This document shows, one piece after another, positions 39,587 to 50,672 of a DNA stretch of 64,000 bases. Source of the stretch: Bdellovibrio sp. GTDB lineage: Bacteria; Bdellovibrionota; Bdellovibrionia; Bdellovibrionales; Bdellovibrionaceae. Both the position numbers and the translations under genes were made by a program. Position 1 is the first letter of the stretch. The number at the start of each line of letters is the position of its first letter. The notes under the pieces are model-generated. The model was not told the DNA's origin, searched no databases, and saw only the letters and a program-made list of their open reading frames with translations. The stretch lies in NCBI GenBank assembly GCA_036677065.1, contig JAKFBS010000001.1:32001-96000 (forward strand). Direction: 5' to 3'.

Positions 39587-40194
39587 ATCTTTTTTAGTAA
39601 TTCTTCTTTTTTAGCTGTGTATTCAGCTTCTGATAGGGCGCCTGATTGATATAGTTTGTGTAAGTCTTCGATAACTTTTGAAACATCTGCTGATTGTGAA
39701 GAAGATACCGTAGATGCTGTCGTGTTCACTGAACTGGCCGCATTTGAAACTTCAACTGAATCACCAGCTAAGCGATTAAAAATAACTTTAACTTCAGCTA
39801 ACCAAACTTGAAAATAATTTAAATCTGGTGCGTCTTGGTTGACCACAACACTTTCAGCAATCATGTCGTGTAGTGTTTGGCGTTTGGCCGTAAATAGGTT
39901 CATTAAATAACCAATGCCTAAAACAAAACCAGATAGAATACTGCAAAAGTATCTAATGTATGATTGTTTTAATGTTAAACGTTCACCCGTTTCAGACAAA
40001 ACAACCATTCTCATCATAGCTTTTCCAGGCGTGCCTTTTAACGGTGAAGCCTCAAAAACCGGTTTATACAGTAAACCTAGAACAAGCCCGCCGACATAAG
40101 GAACTAATGTTCCTAAGATAGCCGCTGGAATTAACATAATTAATGCATCAATAACTAATGCCATAAAACGGCGCCAAAAACCTGAATAAACCAT
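39583..40194 (-). CDS. RDD family membrane protein with C-terminal SHOCT domain
   Basis: GFWRRFMALVID, TPGK, QTLHD; LHKLYQSGALSEAEYTAKKEELL. Confidence 0.85.
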   Translation of the reverse strand: MVYSGFWRRFMALVIDALIMLIPAAILGTLVPYVGGLVLGLLYKPVFEASPLKGTPGKAMMRMVVLSETGERLTLKQSYIRYFCSILSGFVLGIGYLMNLFTAKRQTLHDMIAESVVVNQDAPDLNYFQVWLAEVKVIFNRLAGDSVEVSNAASSVNTTASTVSSSQSADVSKVIEDLHKLYQSGALSEAEYTAKKEELLKKI

Positions 40195-40205
40195 ATTAAA
40201 TCTCC

Positions 40206-40991
40206 TTAGTTCTCAAAACTCTCTGATAAAGCTTTTTTCTTTTCAAAAAAGCCCACAATTACAATTGATATTTCATACATCACCCAAAGAGGTACCATAA
40301 GTAAAATCATACTTAAAGCATCTGGCGGGGCGACAACTGCAGAAACAGCGGTGATAGCGACTACTGCATATTTCTTTTTTTCTTTTAAAAATCTTTGCGA
40401 AACCAGGCCGACCATTCCCAAGAACGTGATTACGACAGGCATTTCGAAAGTTAATCCGAACACAACCGCGGTTTGAGTGAAAAATCCAAGATAGTGGTCA
40501 ATCGTAATCATTGGTTTGTCGACATCGCCACCAAAGGTCATTAAAAATTTAAAGGCCATTGGCAATACAACGAAATAACTAAAAGCAACGCCCAAGCAAA
40601 ACTGCAATGTTCCGAAAAATATAAAGCCTGTCGCCATTTTTCTTTCATTGCGATAAAGTGCTGGCGCAATGAATTTCCAAAGTTGATATAGCCATAACGG
40701 CGCAGATAAAACTAATCCGGCTACAAAGGCGATTTTAATATGCGCCATAAATTTATCAATGGGCCCAGTATAAACTAAGCCGCCGCTTGGTAAATACGGT
40801 TGAATGGGCTTACGAATAACATCAAAAAGTTTTTCGCTGAATCCCCACGCCAGGCAAGTTCCAAAAAAAATAGCGTACGCTGCGCGTGTTAAGCGAAAAC
40901 GCAACTCTCCCAGATGTTCAATCAGAGACATGTTTTTTTCTTCTTCGGTAGCTGCTGCTGTTTTAGGTTCTGGATTAGGATTTGGATTCAT
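40206..40991 (-). CDS. tatC: Twin-arginine translocase subunit TatC
   Basis: MSLIEHLGELR, YQLWKFIAPALY..E, FEMP, PPD. Confidence 0.95.
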   Translation of the reverse strand: MNPNPNPEPKTAAATEEEKNMSLIEHLGELRFRLTRAAYAIFFGTCLAWGFSEKLFDVIRKPIQPYLPSGGLVYTGPIDKFMAHIKIAFVAGLVLSAPLWLYQLWKFIAPALYRNERKMATGFIFFGTLQFCLGVAFSYFVVLPMAFKFLMTFGGDVDKPMITIDHYLGFFTQTAVVFGLTFEMPVVITFLGMVGLVSQRFLKEKKKYAVVAITAVSAVVAPPDALSMILLMVPLWVMYEISIVIVGFFEKKKALSESFEN

Positions 40992-41262
40992 CGGATTTTT
41001 CTGCCACTACTTCATCTAAGTTTGTTACTGGCGCAGAAGGAGTTGCTTGCTGTTGCGCTTGCTGCGGTGGCGTTGGTTTGTGTTTTAATAAATCTGAAGG
41101 TCTGATTTCAGCTTCTTTTTTAAGTTCTTCAAAGACTCCCGAGGTGCTTCGGCGCAAATCATTAAACATGCGACCAATATTGCGCATAACTTCAGGAAGT
41201 TTCTCTGGCGGGATAACGATAATTAAAATTATTCCAAGAATCAGTAAATGGCTAAAACTCAT
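40975..41262 (-). CDS. tatB: Twin-arginine translocase subunit TatB
   Basis: N-terminal TM then PEKLPE amphipathic helix; immediately upstream of tatC. Confidence 0.8.
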   Translation of the reverse strand: MSFSHLLILGIILIIVIPPEKLPEVMRNIGRMFNDLRRSTSGVFEELKKEAEIRPSDLLKHKPTPPQQAQQQATPSAPVTNLDEVVAEKSDESKS

Positions 41263-41277
41263 GTACTCAGTTTTAAC

Positions 41278-41892
41278 TTAGGCTTTATTAAGTTTCAATT
41301 GTTCTTTTGGCAGGGTCACAATGCCCAATTGAGTTAGCTTTTCACGAGCCATTTCAGAACCTGTTTTCAGATACAAGTCATAAAGACGTAAGACGTTCTG
41401 ATCGGCCTGCACGGCTGACTTTTCACTCATATAGCTTAGCACTTCTACAAACTCTATAAAGCGCTTAGAAAACGTTTTATAGACTTCGCTTAAGTGGTCT
41501 TCTTTAGTCCAGGTCGCTAAGTTAAAATACGCGGCCGAACCCATTTCAGAATAATAATCAATATCGACTAACTTCTTTTGCAGTGAATCGCCAAAAAATC
41601 CAGCCAGGTATAGCGAACGATCTGCCAACGTTTTCATGATTTCTTTTTTGCGCGTATTTTCTGAATTCATCGCAATCAAATACATTTCAGCTAAAGTTTC
41701 TGGAGGATTTTCGTTGTTTTCGCCATGCGTGCTATGCGGTTTAAACAAATTGCGTGAATCAAGATAGTGTTTAAGCATATGAATAAGATACGTTTCCAAA
41801 TGTGGATACGATTTTACTTTTCTTTGTTCTAAAGCTTCTTTCAAAGCCTCGGAGAAATGCTGCTCCGGAGAAATAAATAAAAATGCACTCAT
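41278..41892 (-). CDS. Conserved hypothetical protein
   Basis: LADRSLYLAGFF..SL....VDIDYY..MG..AY pattern; helical; heads the tat operon. Confidence 0.6.
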   Translation of the reverse strand: MSAFLFISPEQHFSEALKEALEQRKVKSYPHLETYLIHMLKHYLDSRNLFKPHSTHGENNENPPETLAEMYLIAMNSENTRKKEIMKTLADRSLYLAGFFGDSLQKKLVDIDYYSEMGSAAYFNLATWTKEDHLSEVYKTFSKRFIEFVEVLSYMSEKSAVQADQNVLRLYDLYLKTGSEMAREKLTQLGIVTLPKEQLKLNKA

Positions 41893-41916
41893 AGCTTGTG
41901 TCTCATCTTAGTATAC

Positions 41917-41943
41917 TTATCGGCCTTGATCTAGTCGGGCTTA
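41917..41943 (-). promoter_or_regulatory. sigma28 (FliA) promoter, near-consensus
   Basis: Minus strand TAAG-N15-GCCGATAA. Confidence 0.75.
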
Positions 41944-41996
41944 ACGTAAAAGTGGCTCTGAGAGCAATTCTTGGCCTAGGTCGGGTTAAATCGACT

Positions 41997-42023
41997 TAAT
42001 TCTGTTTCATAATAGTCCGATAG
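41997..42023 (+). promoter_or_regulatory. sigma28-like promoter upstream of cpaF
   Basis: TAAT-N15-TCCGATAG, 6 nt before the ATG at 42030. Confidence 0.55.
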
Positions 42024-42029
42024 GCTCTT

Positions 42030-43076
42030 ATGCTGAATTACGGGCCGTTAAAATCATTATTCACTTCTGATGACATGAGTGAAATCATGGTCAACTCTTG
42101 GGATCATGTTTTTGTCGAACACAAAGGTTGCCTTGTACGCACAGCTGCACGCTTTATGGATGCCCGTGAATTTCAGGATTTAGTTTTTGCGATTTTGATG
42201 AATGATAAACATGATTATAGCAAAACTTATTCGTTTGATGGCATTTTACCCGAAGGTCATCGTTATAATATAACTTTACCGCCGTTGAGTCCAAAAGGAC
42301 CGACGCTAACGATTCGTAAATTTTTAGAGAAAAATTTTTCTTTAGATCAGATGATTGCTTCTGATTTTTTATCTGACAAAACAGCACGCTTTTTAAAGTT
42401 AGCTGTCGAAGCCCGTTTAAATATTGTGGTATCTGGTGGCACTGGCACTGGTAAAACTTCATTTTTGAATACACTGGCAAGTTTGATTCCAGAAGATCAA
42501 CGTGTCGTTTCTGTCGAAGACACGCAAGAACTTAGGCCGACTCATGTTAATTGGATTTATCTTAAAACAATTAAAAATGAGCAAACGAAAGTCACTGCTA
42601 AAGACTGCGTTTACAATGCCTTACGGATGCGTCCGGATCGTATTATTGTTGGCGAATGTCGCGGTGGCGAAGCTTTTGATATGTTACAAGCCATGAACAC
42701 AGGTCACGAAGGTTCGATGACTTCGATTCATTCTAATTCCGGTAATGATTGTTTGGCTCGCTTAGAAACCTTAATTAATGTGGCTAATCCCGATATGCCG
42801 CTAAAAATGGTGCGCACGCAAATTAGCGAAGCCGTTGATTTAATCGTGCAGCTTAAACGCTTGCCTGATGGTCGCAGACAAATTTCTGAAATCATTGAGC
42901 TCACCGGAATGGAAGCTGATATCATCACCCGTTCGCCGATTTTTACTCGCGCAAAATCAGCAAAACTGGATGTTACTGGTTATGTGCCCGACGTCATTCA
43001 AAGAATTAACTCTCATAGCAAAAAGATTTCGCCGCAATTTTTTGATCCAAACACCCAGCTTAAAAAATCTAGCTAG
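42030..43076 (+). CDS. cpaF: CpaF/TadA family secretion ATPase (short)
   Basis: [42 protein letters not shown]. Confidence 0.88.
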   Translation: MLNYGPLKSLFTSDDMSEIMVNSWDHVFVEHKGCLVRTAARFMDAREFQDLVFAILMNDKHDYSKTYSFDGILPEGHRYNITLPPLSPKGPTLTIRKFLEKNFSLDQMIASDFLSDKTARFLKLAVEARLNIVVSGGTGTGKTSFLNTLASLIPEDQRVVSVEDTQELRPTHVNWIYLKTIKNEQTKVTAKDCVYNALRMRPDRIIVGECRGGEAFDMLQAMNTGHEGSMTSIHSNSGNDCLARLETLINVANPDMPLKMVRTQISEAVDLIVQLKRLPDGRRQISEIIELTGMEADIITRSPIFTRAKSAKLDVTGYVPDVIQRINSHSKKISPQFFDPNTQLKKSS

Positions 43077-45688
43077 GCTGTTTTTTTACCTACAACACTC
43101 GTGATGTGGGCCTGACTAAAAAGTCTTTGCGCTACACGTTTTACATCATCAGATGTAATGCCGTTATAAATTTTATCGATATGTAAAGATTCATTAAAAT
43201 CGTTTCCGTAAAAATCATCAAAAGCGATCGTGTTACATAAAGAAGACTTTCTTTGCAACCCGATATCATTTTGCCCGATTAAATATCTTTGCGCGCGCTT
43301 AAGTTCTTCTTGTGGTACTTTGTGCGTGCGAATTTTATCGAATTCGATATGAAACATTCTAATTGCTTTTTCGACTTTATCTGGCGAACACGCAATATAT
43401 CCACCGAAATATCCGCACTCTAAACTTTCCATGCGAATTGGTGAAACTGAGTAGGCCAAAGAATTCTTATCACGAAGTTCAATAAACAAACGCCCACCCT
43501 GACCTGCCATAATGGCCTGAATCACGTGTAAGACATAACGATCTGGATCAGTAATGTTGATACCTTGCCAGCCAACGATCACATGCGACTGTTCTTTGTC
43601 TTTTTCAATAAAATAACTTTTGTTTTCTGTTATTTTTTTAAATTCTGTCGTCGGCAATAATTTCGGCGTGCGTTTAAAAGATTTTTCTAAACGCTCAATG
43701 CTGTCTATCCAGGTTTTTTGATCAAAATCACCAACTACAACTGCCAGCATATTATTTGATGATTTAACTTTATCTAAGTAGTTCGTTAAATCAATCGCGT
43801 GAATGTTATTCGTTGTTTCAATCGTGCCCAGCTGATCATAAGAGACGGGGTGATTCGGAAACATGTTTTTCACAAACTGTTTTCCGCATAAATAAGAAGG
43901 TTGGTCTTCTTTCGAATGAATTTGTCTTTGCATAGCCTGGCGTTCACGATCGACGACCGCAGGTACAAAATCAGGTTCTAAAAATAGCTCTTCCATAAGG
44001 CCAACAATTTTGTTTTCAAAGGGCTTCATATAGTCCAATGAAAAGCCTACGGTGTTTTTACCACTAAATGGCGAAAGACCGGCTGCTGACTCTTCGATTA
44101 ATTGTAAGATTTGTGATTCTGATTTTTGTTTTGTTCCGCCCAGCCAAGAGCGACCTAATAATTCAGAGGTGCCCATTTTATCAAGTTGCTCGATACGGGC
44201 ACCGCCGCCTAATAAAATACGCGCAGACACTGTTGGTATTTCTAATGATTTTTCAAAAATCACGCGGGTTCCATTGTTTGTCGTAACAATTTCAATGCCG
44301 GATTTATCAGTTTTTTTAATTTCTTTAAAAACAATTTTAGGGATCACTACTTTTTTGTTTTTTACTTTTTTTACAGGTTTTTCTTTTTTCTGACTGGCAA
44401 TTATTTGTAACCAGATTTTGTGTGAATCTTTTAAGATCTCTACAAATTCAGTTTCTTTTTTTGGCCCAAGCACAGTGTAGCTGGCAATTTTTGGATCAAA
44501 GTATTTTTTTGCAACCCGCATAACATCTTTAGGCGTGATTTTTTGAATCGTTTTTAAGTATTTTTCATGCGCCAAACTATCATCCATATAAAATTGCGAT
44601 GAACCAATTTTGCTGGCGATGCCGTCGACTGTCTCAATTGAATAAAACTGTTCAGAAGAAATATTAATAATGGCTTTGCGAATTTCTTCCCAACAAACTT
44701 CTTCTTTTTTAATTTTTTCGATCTCTTGGTAAATACCTTCGAAAGCCAGCTTTGGGTCCTGTTCTAAAACTTTAAAACTTAACGCCAATAAACCAGGATC
44801 TTGGGGCGTGTAGCTATAACTTGAAACACTGCTGACTAAACTTGATCGCAAGCGCAATTTAGAAAATAAACGACTGGTTTCGCCCTGGCCTAAAACCATG
44901 GCCATCACATCAAGTGCTGGCACGTCTTTATGTTTAATCGCCGGCGCTGGAAAGGCTAAATTGTAATTGCTGTCTTTTAGGTCTTTGGTTTTAGCCTTGT
45001 AAGTCACTTTAGTGGCTTTTGGTTCTTTCGTGCGTTTAATTTTTTTAAGTTTGTATGGCGTAAATGTAGAAAAATATTTATCTACATTTTGACGCATTTC
45101 TTTTTCGTCAAAATCGCCCGATACAATCAGGCACATATTAGACGGCACATAACGTGATTGATAAAAGCTTTTTAATTTTTTTACCGGCCATGAGCGAACA
45201 TTTTTTTCATAACCAATAACAGGAATTCCGTACGCATGTTTTTTATAAACCGAACTAAACAACAATTGTGAAGATTGACGGCCCGGAGAATCCTGACCCA
45301 TTTTAATTTCTTCACAAACAACTTCTCGCTCACTATGCGTTTCATCGGCATCAAATGTGGGGTGACCCATCATTTGCGAAATCACATCAAGGGCCACATC
45401 CTGAAAAGTTTTTGAAATCGTGACATAAAATACTGTTTGATCAAACGAGGTATAAGCGTTCAATTCGCCGCCCGAGGCCTCTACAATCGACGCAATTTCG
45501 CCGACTTTGTATTTGTGAGTGCCCTTAAACACTAAATGTTCGATAAAATGACTAATACCTTCTTCACCTTTTTTTTCATCGGCGCTTCCGGTTTTTACCC
45601 ACATCTGCACGCTAACCACAGGAGATTTATGGCTAGGAATAAGAATTACTTTAAGCTTGTTTTTGAGTTGAAATTTAACCTGTTTCAT
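43073..45688 (-). CDS. M16 family zinc protease (two fused halves)
   Basis: Inverted zinc motif HFIEH, NAYTSFD.T; second half with LRDKNSLAY. Confidence 0.92.
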   Translation of the reverse strand: MKQVKFQLKNKLKVILIPSHKSPVVSVQMWVKTGSADEKKGEEGISHFIEHLVFKGTHKYKVGEIASIVEASGGELNAYTSFDQTVFYVTISKTFQDVALDVISQMMGHPTFDADETHSEREVVCEEIKMGQDSPGRQSSQLLFSSVYKKHAYGIPVIGYEKNVRSWPVKKLKSFYQSRYVPSNMCLIVSGDFDEKEMRQNVDKYFSTFTPYKLKKIKRTKEPKATKVTYKAKTKDLKDSNYNLAFPAPAIKHKDVPALDVMAMVLGQGETSRLFSKLRLRSSLVSSVSSYSYTPQDPGLLALSFKVLEQDPKLAFEGIYQEIEKIKKEEVCWEEIRKAIINISSEQFYSIETVDGIASKIGSSQFYMDDSLAHEKYLKTIQKITPKDVMRVAKKYFDPKIASYTVLGPKKETEFVEILKDSHKIWLQIIASQKKEKPVKKVKNKKVVIPKIVFKEIKKTDKSGIEIVTTNNGTRVIFEKSLEIPTVSARILLGGGARIEQLDKMGTSELLGRSWLGGTKQKSESQILQLIEESAAGLSPFSGKNTVGFSLDYMKPFENKIVGLMEELFLEPDFVPAVVDRERQAMQRQIHSKEDQPSYLCGKQFVKNMFPNHPVSYDQLGTIETTNNIHAIDLTNYLDKVKSSNNMLAVVVGDFDQKTWIDSIERLEKSFKRTPKLLPTTEFKKITENKSYFIEKDKEQSHVIVGWQGINITDPDRYVLHVIQAIMAGQGGRLFIELRDKNSLAYSVSPIRMESLECGYFGGYIACSPDKVEKAIRMFHIEFDKIRTHKVPQEELKRAQRYLIGQNDIGLQRKSSLCNTIAFDDFYGNDFNESLHIDKIYNGITSDDVKRVAQRLFSQAHITSVVGKKTA

Positions 45689-45703
45689 CTATAACATCCT
45701 TCT

Positions 45704-46873
45704 ATGTCTGAACAGTTTGGCGTCTACATTCATATCCCGTACTGTATTCAGCGCTGTTCGTACTGCGACTTTGCCACCTATGTGCAGTCAGAAATTTTAG
45801 TTCCCGAAAGATACGTAGCTTTAGTCAAAGAAGAAATCCCTTTAAGAAAACATTATTTTGGTTTCTCAAAAGACACCGAAAAAAAATTAAATACGGTGTA
45901 CTTTGGCGGGGGAACTCCCAGCCTGATTTCTTCTGACCTCATTGTAGGCCTGATTTCTGAACTCAACAAGCATGGGTTAACAACTGGTCCTGATGCAGAA
46001 ATCACAATTGAAATAAATCCGGCCACAATTGATGAACGCAAAATAGAACATTATTTATCGGCTGGGGTTAATCGCTTTAGCGTTGGGGCACAAACGTTTC
46101 ATGATCGCCTATTGAAAATGGTGAAGCGTGAACACAATGCGAAACAGACCTTGCAGACTTTAGACCTGTTAAAACGCTATAAATTAAATTTTTCGTTCGA
46201 TTTGCTTTTCGCGTTACCCACCCAAACTGTCGAAGAGTTAAAATCCGATGTGGAAATGGCTGTGGAAATCGGCTCATCACATATTTCGCCGTACTGCTTA
46301 ACTGTACCAGAAGCGCATCCGCTTTCAAAAAATCGGCCACTTGAAGACGAACAAGTCGAAATGTTTGATATTATTCATCAACACTTGACTGCAAAAAACT
46401 TCAATCGCTATGAAATTTCTAATTACAGCTTGCCCGGTAAAGAATCACGCCATAATCGTCTGTATTGGGATGATCATTCTTACTGGGGTTTGGGTTTAAG
46501 CGCCCATTCTTATTCAAGAACGTCTCAGTGGGGCCACAGATTTTGGAATCCAAACAATATTGATGTTTACGAAAAACAAATTCGCCAAGGCTTAGTTGAT
46601 TTACCTGATAATCAAATTGAAACCTTGCAAAAACATCAGGCTCTTACCGACTTTTGTCATACCTCACTGCGCGTTGCAGAAGGCGTTTCATTCGCGCGCT
46701 TAGAGCGCAAGTTCGACGCGAAAGCGTGCAGTAAAGTTCTAGAAATCGCGCAACCGATGCTAGAACGCGAGCTTTTGAAGCTAGAAAATAATCATTTAGT
46801 GCTCACCCATCGCGGAGTGCTAATCAGTAATCAAATATTTGAGAAATTCACCTTTTTAGCTGAAGACATCTAG
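45704..46873 (+). CDS. hemW: Radical SAM heme chaperone HemW
   Basis: YIHIPYCIQRCSYCDF, FGGGTPS, YEISNY, HNRLYW. Confidence 0.9.
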   Translation: MSEQFGVYIHIPYCIQRCSYCDFATYVQSEILVPERYVALVKEEIPLRKHYFGFSKDTEKKLNTVYFGGGTPSLISSDLIVGLISELNKHGLTTGPDAEITIEINPATIDERKIEHYLSAGVNRFSVGAQTFHDRLLKMVKREHNAKQTLQTLDLLKRYKLNFSFDLLFALPTQTVEELKSDVEMAVEIGSSHISPYCLTVPEAHPLSKNRPLEDEQVEMFDIIHQHLTAKNFNRYEISNYSLPGKESRHNRLYWDDHSYWGLGLSAHSYSRTSQWGHRFWNPNNIDVYEKQIRQGLVDLPDNQIETLQKHQALTDFCHTSLRVAEGVSFARLERKFDAKACSKVLEIAQPMLERELLKLENNHLVLTHRGVLISNQIFEKFTFLAEDI

Positions 46874-46901
46874 TTGACATTTCTAGGATAGAACTCACAC
46901 T
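46874..46901 (+). promoter_or_regulatory. sigma70-like promoter for grpE-dnaJ
   Basis: TTGACA-N16-CACACT. Confidence 0.4.
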
Positions 46902-46935
46902 TTAAAGGTTAATATTTTTGAATATGTGAGGATCT

Positions 46936-47493
46936 ATGACAGAGGATAAAAACACAAAATCTGAAACTCAAAATGGGGCGCCCGGAAACGGTGAAGCCAG
47001 CGCTGAGGGCAACGCTACTGTTACGCCAATCAAGTCTGAATTAGAGCAAGCTCAAGAAGACGTGCAAAAATGGAAAAACGAATATTTATATTTGCGCGCA
47101 GAATTTGATAATTACAAAAAACATGCGATCAAAGAAAGATCTGATTTATTAAAATTCGGCATCGAAAGAATCGCTCGCGATATTTTAGATGTTATGGATA
47201 ATTTTGAACGCGCCTTACAAACAAAAGTAACCGCTGAAAATATTCCCACTTATAAAACTGGTGTTGAAATGACAGCAAAAGAGTTAAAAGAAGCTCTGAC
47301 AAAACATGGTATTCAAGAAGTGCCTAGTGAAAACCAACCTTTTAATCCGCAAGTGCATGAGGCGATCAGCTCTGAACCTACAACCCAGGTTGCCGAAGGT
47401 CACATCACTAAAGTCTTTAAAAAACCTTATAAACTTCATGATAAAGTGATCCGCATGGGTCAAGTTATCGTAGCTACTGCGCCAAAAGCATAA
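46936..47493 (+). CDS. grpE: Nucleotide exchange factor GrpE
   Basis: [34 protein letters not shown]. Confidence 0.95.
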   Translation: MTEDKNTKSETQNGAPGNGEASAEGNATVTPIKSELEQAQEDVQKWKNEYLYLRAEFDNYKKHAIKERSDLLKFGIERIARDILDVMDNFERALQTKVTAENIPTYKTGVEMTAKELKEALTKHGIQEVPSENQPFNPQVHEAISSEPTTQVAEGHITKVFKKPYKLHDKVIRMGQVIVATAPKA

Positions 47494-47494
47494 G

Positions 47495-48484
47495 ATGAGT
47501 AAAAAAGATTTTTATCAAACATTGGGTGTTACCAGATCAGCAACAGCTGATGAAATTAAAAAAGCTTATCGCAAGCTAGCGATGCAATATCACCCAGATA
47601 AAAATCAGGGCAATAAAAAGGCTGAAGAACAATTTAAAGAAATTTCTGAAGCCTACGAAGTTCTCAGCGACACAGAAAAAAGAAAAAATTATGATACTTT
47701 CGGTCATGCCGGTGTGAACGGTAATCCTTTCGGTGGCGCTGGTGGCCAACAAGGAAACCCCTTTGGCCGTGGTGGTGGCGGTAATCCTTTCGGCAATGCC
47801 GACATTAATGATTTATTTGGCGACATCTTTGGCGAGGCCTTTGGTGGTGGTGCTCGCACTCGATCATCACAACAGCAACGTCCTCGTCATGCCAGCAAAG
47901 GCGCAGACCTTCGCTACACATTAACAATTACTTTTGAAGAAGCTGCTACCGGCACTGAAAAAGTAATTAGCTTTGTTCGCCAAGTTGGATCCCGCGAAGA
48001 AGCCGCAAAACTTTCTGTGACCGTTCCTGCCGGAGTCAAAGAAGGCCAACGTCTAAAGCTGACTGAAGAAGGCGACAAACCCTCTTCTGGAACCGCTGGC
48101 GACCTTTACGTTATTATTAATTTACAAGAGCATTTATTATTTAAACGCGAAGAAGCTGACGTGATGTTAGATCTTCCGGTTAAATACACAGAAGCCATTT
48201 TGGGAACAGAAGTTGAAATTCCGACCTTATCTGGCAAGGCCCAGATTAAAATTCCTGCGGGAACATACTCTGGTCAGGTTTTACGATTAAAAGGAAAAGG
48301 TTTTCCTCGCATCGGTGGCATCGGCAATGGTGATATGTTGGTGCGTCTATTGGTAGATACGCCATTAAAAACTAACACCCGTCAAAAAGAGCTTCTCGAA
48401 GAACTAAACCGCTATGCTGAAGAAACCCCACTAGTAAAAACTTATAAAGAAAAATTAGAATCTTTGTTGAGGTCGCGAAAATGA
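47495..48484 (+). CDS. dnaJ: DnaJ-class chaperone without zinc finger (class B/CbpA-like)
   Basis: J-domain with HPD, G/F-rich GNPFG repeats, C-terminal domain; no CxxCxGxG repeats. Confidence 0.85.
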   Translation: MSKKDFYQTLGVTRSATADEIKKAYRKLAMQYHPDKNQGNKKAEEQFKEISEAYEVLSDTEKRKNYDTFGHAGVNGNPFGGAGGQQGNPFGRGGGGNPFGNADINDLFGDIFGEAFGGGARTRSSQQQRPRHASKGADLRYTLTITFEEAATGTEKVISFVRQVGSREEAAKLSVTVPAGVKEGQRLKLTEEGDKPSSGTAGDLYVIINLQEHLLFKREEADVMLDLPVKYTEAILGTEVEIPTLSGKAQIKIPAGTYSGQVLRLKGKGFPRIGGIGNGDMLVRLLVDTPLKTNTRQKELLEELNRYAEETPLVKTYKEKLESLLRSRK

Positions 48485-49950
48485 TTAAAAAATTAAGTTT
48501 AGCCGCTGTAGCGGTCGTCGTATTTCATGGGTGCTCAAGCACTCCATCTATTGAAACACGTCACAAAACGATACCTTCAAAAAAAAATGAATACGTCAGA
48601 GTCGAAAAAAGTTCTACACCTGCGCCAACTTCGATTTACGCTCCTGCGCCGGTAATTGCTGCTGCAACACCGCCACCAGAAATAGTTACAGCTCCTCCGG
48701 CAGTGATAATTCCGCCAGTGCAAAATTTTAATTTAGACGAAGAAAAATCCGACAAACCCCGATCGACTGTAAGTTATGATTCTGACGCGCAAAAAATTGG
48801 AGTTATTCTTCCGATCACTGGCAAAAATGCCAGTTTAGGTCAACGCACTTTAAATGCTATTCGCTTAGGTCTTGGCCTTGACGATAAAAATTCTTCATTT
48901 TCAATTCACATATATGATAGTCAAAGTAATCCCGATGTTGCTGCTCTTGGTGTAGAAAAACTTTTGCGCGATGATCATGTCATTGCGATTCTGGGTGGTT
49001 TAAGTGCCAAAGAAGCCCAAAATATTTCAGCTAAGGCTGAGTTTTTTCAGGTTCCATTTTTTTCGTTCTCGCAAAAATCAGGTCTAACAGATTCGACCGA
49101 ATACACTTTTAGAAATTCTGTAACTCCTGAAATGCAAGTAGCAAGGCTTCTGCAGCACGCTTTTAAAAACATTAATGCGAAACGTTTTGCTATCCTTTAC
49201 CCCAATGATCCTTACGGCGTTGAGTTTGCCAACAAATATTGGGATTTGGTTTTAGCTGGCGGCGGAGAAGTCGTAGCCGCTCAAGCTTATGATCCAAAAG
49301 ATACAAATTTAAATATTTATGTGCAAAAACTTGTCGGCACTTATTACGTCGATGCGCGCGCTGAAGAGTTCAAAGCTCGTCAAAAAGAAATCGCCGAAAA
49401 AAAGAAAAAACAAAAAGAAACAGAACCTGCAAAGAAAAAAAATACCCGTGAACATGAAGCACAGGAAAATATTTTACCTGCTATCGTTGATTTCGATGTC
49501 TTGTTCGTGCCTGATAGCGGAAAGGCTTTAGGTCAAATCATGGCTTTTATGAAAAATAATGATGTCGCGCAAATGACTTACCTGGGCACTAACTTATGGA
49601 ATACCCCGGATTTGTTTCGCCGTGTTGGAACCAACATCAGCAGCGTATTTTTTGTTGATTCTACGTTTACTCCTGAAGAACAAAAAAAATCTGACTTTCA
49701 CGCGAAATATTTAGCTAAGCATGAAGAAGATCCAACGATTGTTGAAGCTCAGGTTTATGAAGCCGCTAAAATATTACGCGATATCATTGGTAACAGCTCT
49801 ATTAGTCGCAGTTCGTTAGCCTACCAGTTAAGTATCCTTGGGCGTAAAAGTGGCGCCTACAGCGAAGTACGCATGAATAACAATCATGAAATTGAGCGCC
49901 CACTGCATATCTTTAGCTTGACCGAAGGGTCTATTCAGAAAACAGAATAG
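48481..49950 (+). CDS. LppC/LpoA-like lipoprotein (periplasmic binding protein type 1 fold)
   Basis: FHGC lipobox; [32 protein letters not shown]. Confidence 0.7.
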   Translation: MIKKLSLAAVAVVVFHGCSSTPSIETRHKTIPSKKNEYVRVEKSSTPAPTSIYAPAPVIAAATPPPEIVTAPPAVIIPPVQNFNLDEEKSDKPRSTVSYDSDAQKIGVILPITGKNASLGQRTLNAIRLGLGLDDKNSSFSIHIYDSQSNPDVAALGVEKLLRDDHVIAILGGLSAKEAQNISAKAEFFQVPFFSFSQKSGLTDSTEYTFRNSVTPEMQVARLLQHAFKNINAKRFAILYPNDPYGVEFANKYWDLVLAGGGEVVAAQAYDPKDTNLNIYVQKLVGTYYVDARAEEFKARQKEIAEKKKKQKETEPAKKKNTREHEAQENILPAIVDFDVLFVPDSGKALGQIMAFMKNNDVAQMTYLGTNLWNTPDLFRRVGTNISSVFFVDSTFTPEEQKKSDFHAKYLAKHEEDPTIVEAQVYEAAKILRDIIGNSSISRSSLAYQLSILGRKSGAYSEVRMNNNHEIERPLHIFSLTEGSIQKTE

Positions 49951-50103
49951 ACTTTAGTCCATTAAATCCACATTTTACAAATTTTTTGCGGCATTTTTAA
50001 CCTGCCGCTAACCGTTTATTCCCCCTGCCGCATCCAATGTCCAAGAACTAGCACAATAGTCTAGTCCTAAAAAATGCATAGAGCATGGTGGAGGGGTATT
50101 CAG

Positions 50104-50496
50104 ATGAAAAAGGATTTTTTATCAGAACAAACAATTCAGGTCTGCAGAACAAAACTTTTAGATCTTAAAAGCCAGTTTTTGAATCAGGCCAAGACGATGG
50201 CTGCTAACTTCAATATGGTTGATAAATCACGCGGTGACGAAAGTGATCTATCTGCAGCCCACCAAGAAGAGCATAACTTCTTAATCGCCCAAACGCGTAT
50301 GAAAGCCCAATTATTAGAAATAGAAATGGCCCTGAGCCGCATTGAGAGCGGTAACTACGGTATCTGTGAAGAAACTGATGAGTTAATTGAAACAGAACGC
50401 CTATTGGCTATTCCGTGGACACGCCTGAGTATAGAAGGTGCAGAAATCCGCGAGTCGCAAACTAAAAAAGCAGGCAAAGGCTATCTTGCTTTTTGA
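50104..50496 (+). CDS. DksA/TraR family regulator, one-Cys (zinc-independent type)
   Basis: GDESD coiled-coil tip; YGICEET...RLLAIPWTRLSIE; GGAGGGG SD before ATG 50104. Confidence 0.85.
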   Translation: MKKDFLSEQTIQVCRTKLLDLKSQFLNQAKTMAANFNMVDKSRGDESDLSAAHQEEHNFLIAQTRMKAQLLEIEMALSRIESGNYGICEETDELIETERLLAIPWTRLSIEGAEIRESQTKKAGKGYLAF

Positions 50497-50672
50497 TTCT
50501 ACAAATTACAGAAATCGTTTAAGATTCTGCGATCCTAATGCTTTAGCGCAGCAATGAAAATCAAAGTGTCGCAGTGTTTTTTGATGACAGAAATCTGTCT
50601 TAAGATAATTATCCCCCTCGATTCGGAACGATTTCAACATGTCAGCTGACGTTGGTCAGTGAGGGGGATTTG

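Noticed and set aside
47719..47793. 15-nt direct repeat CGGTAATCCTTTCGG, 60 bp apart
   Set aside because: Encodes GNPFG repeats of the DnaJ G/F linker; not CRISPR or a mobile-element scar
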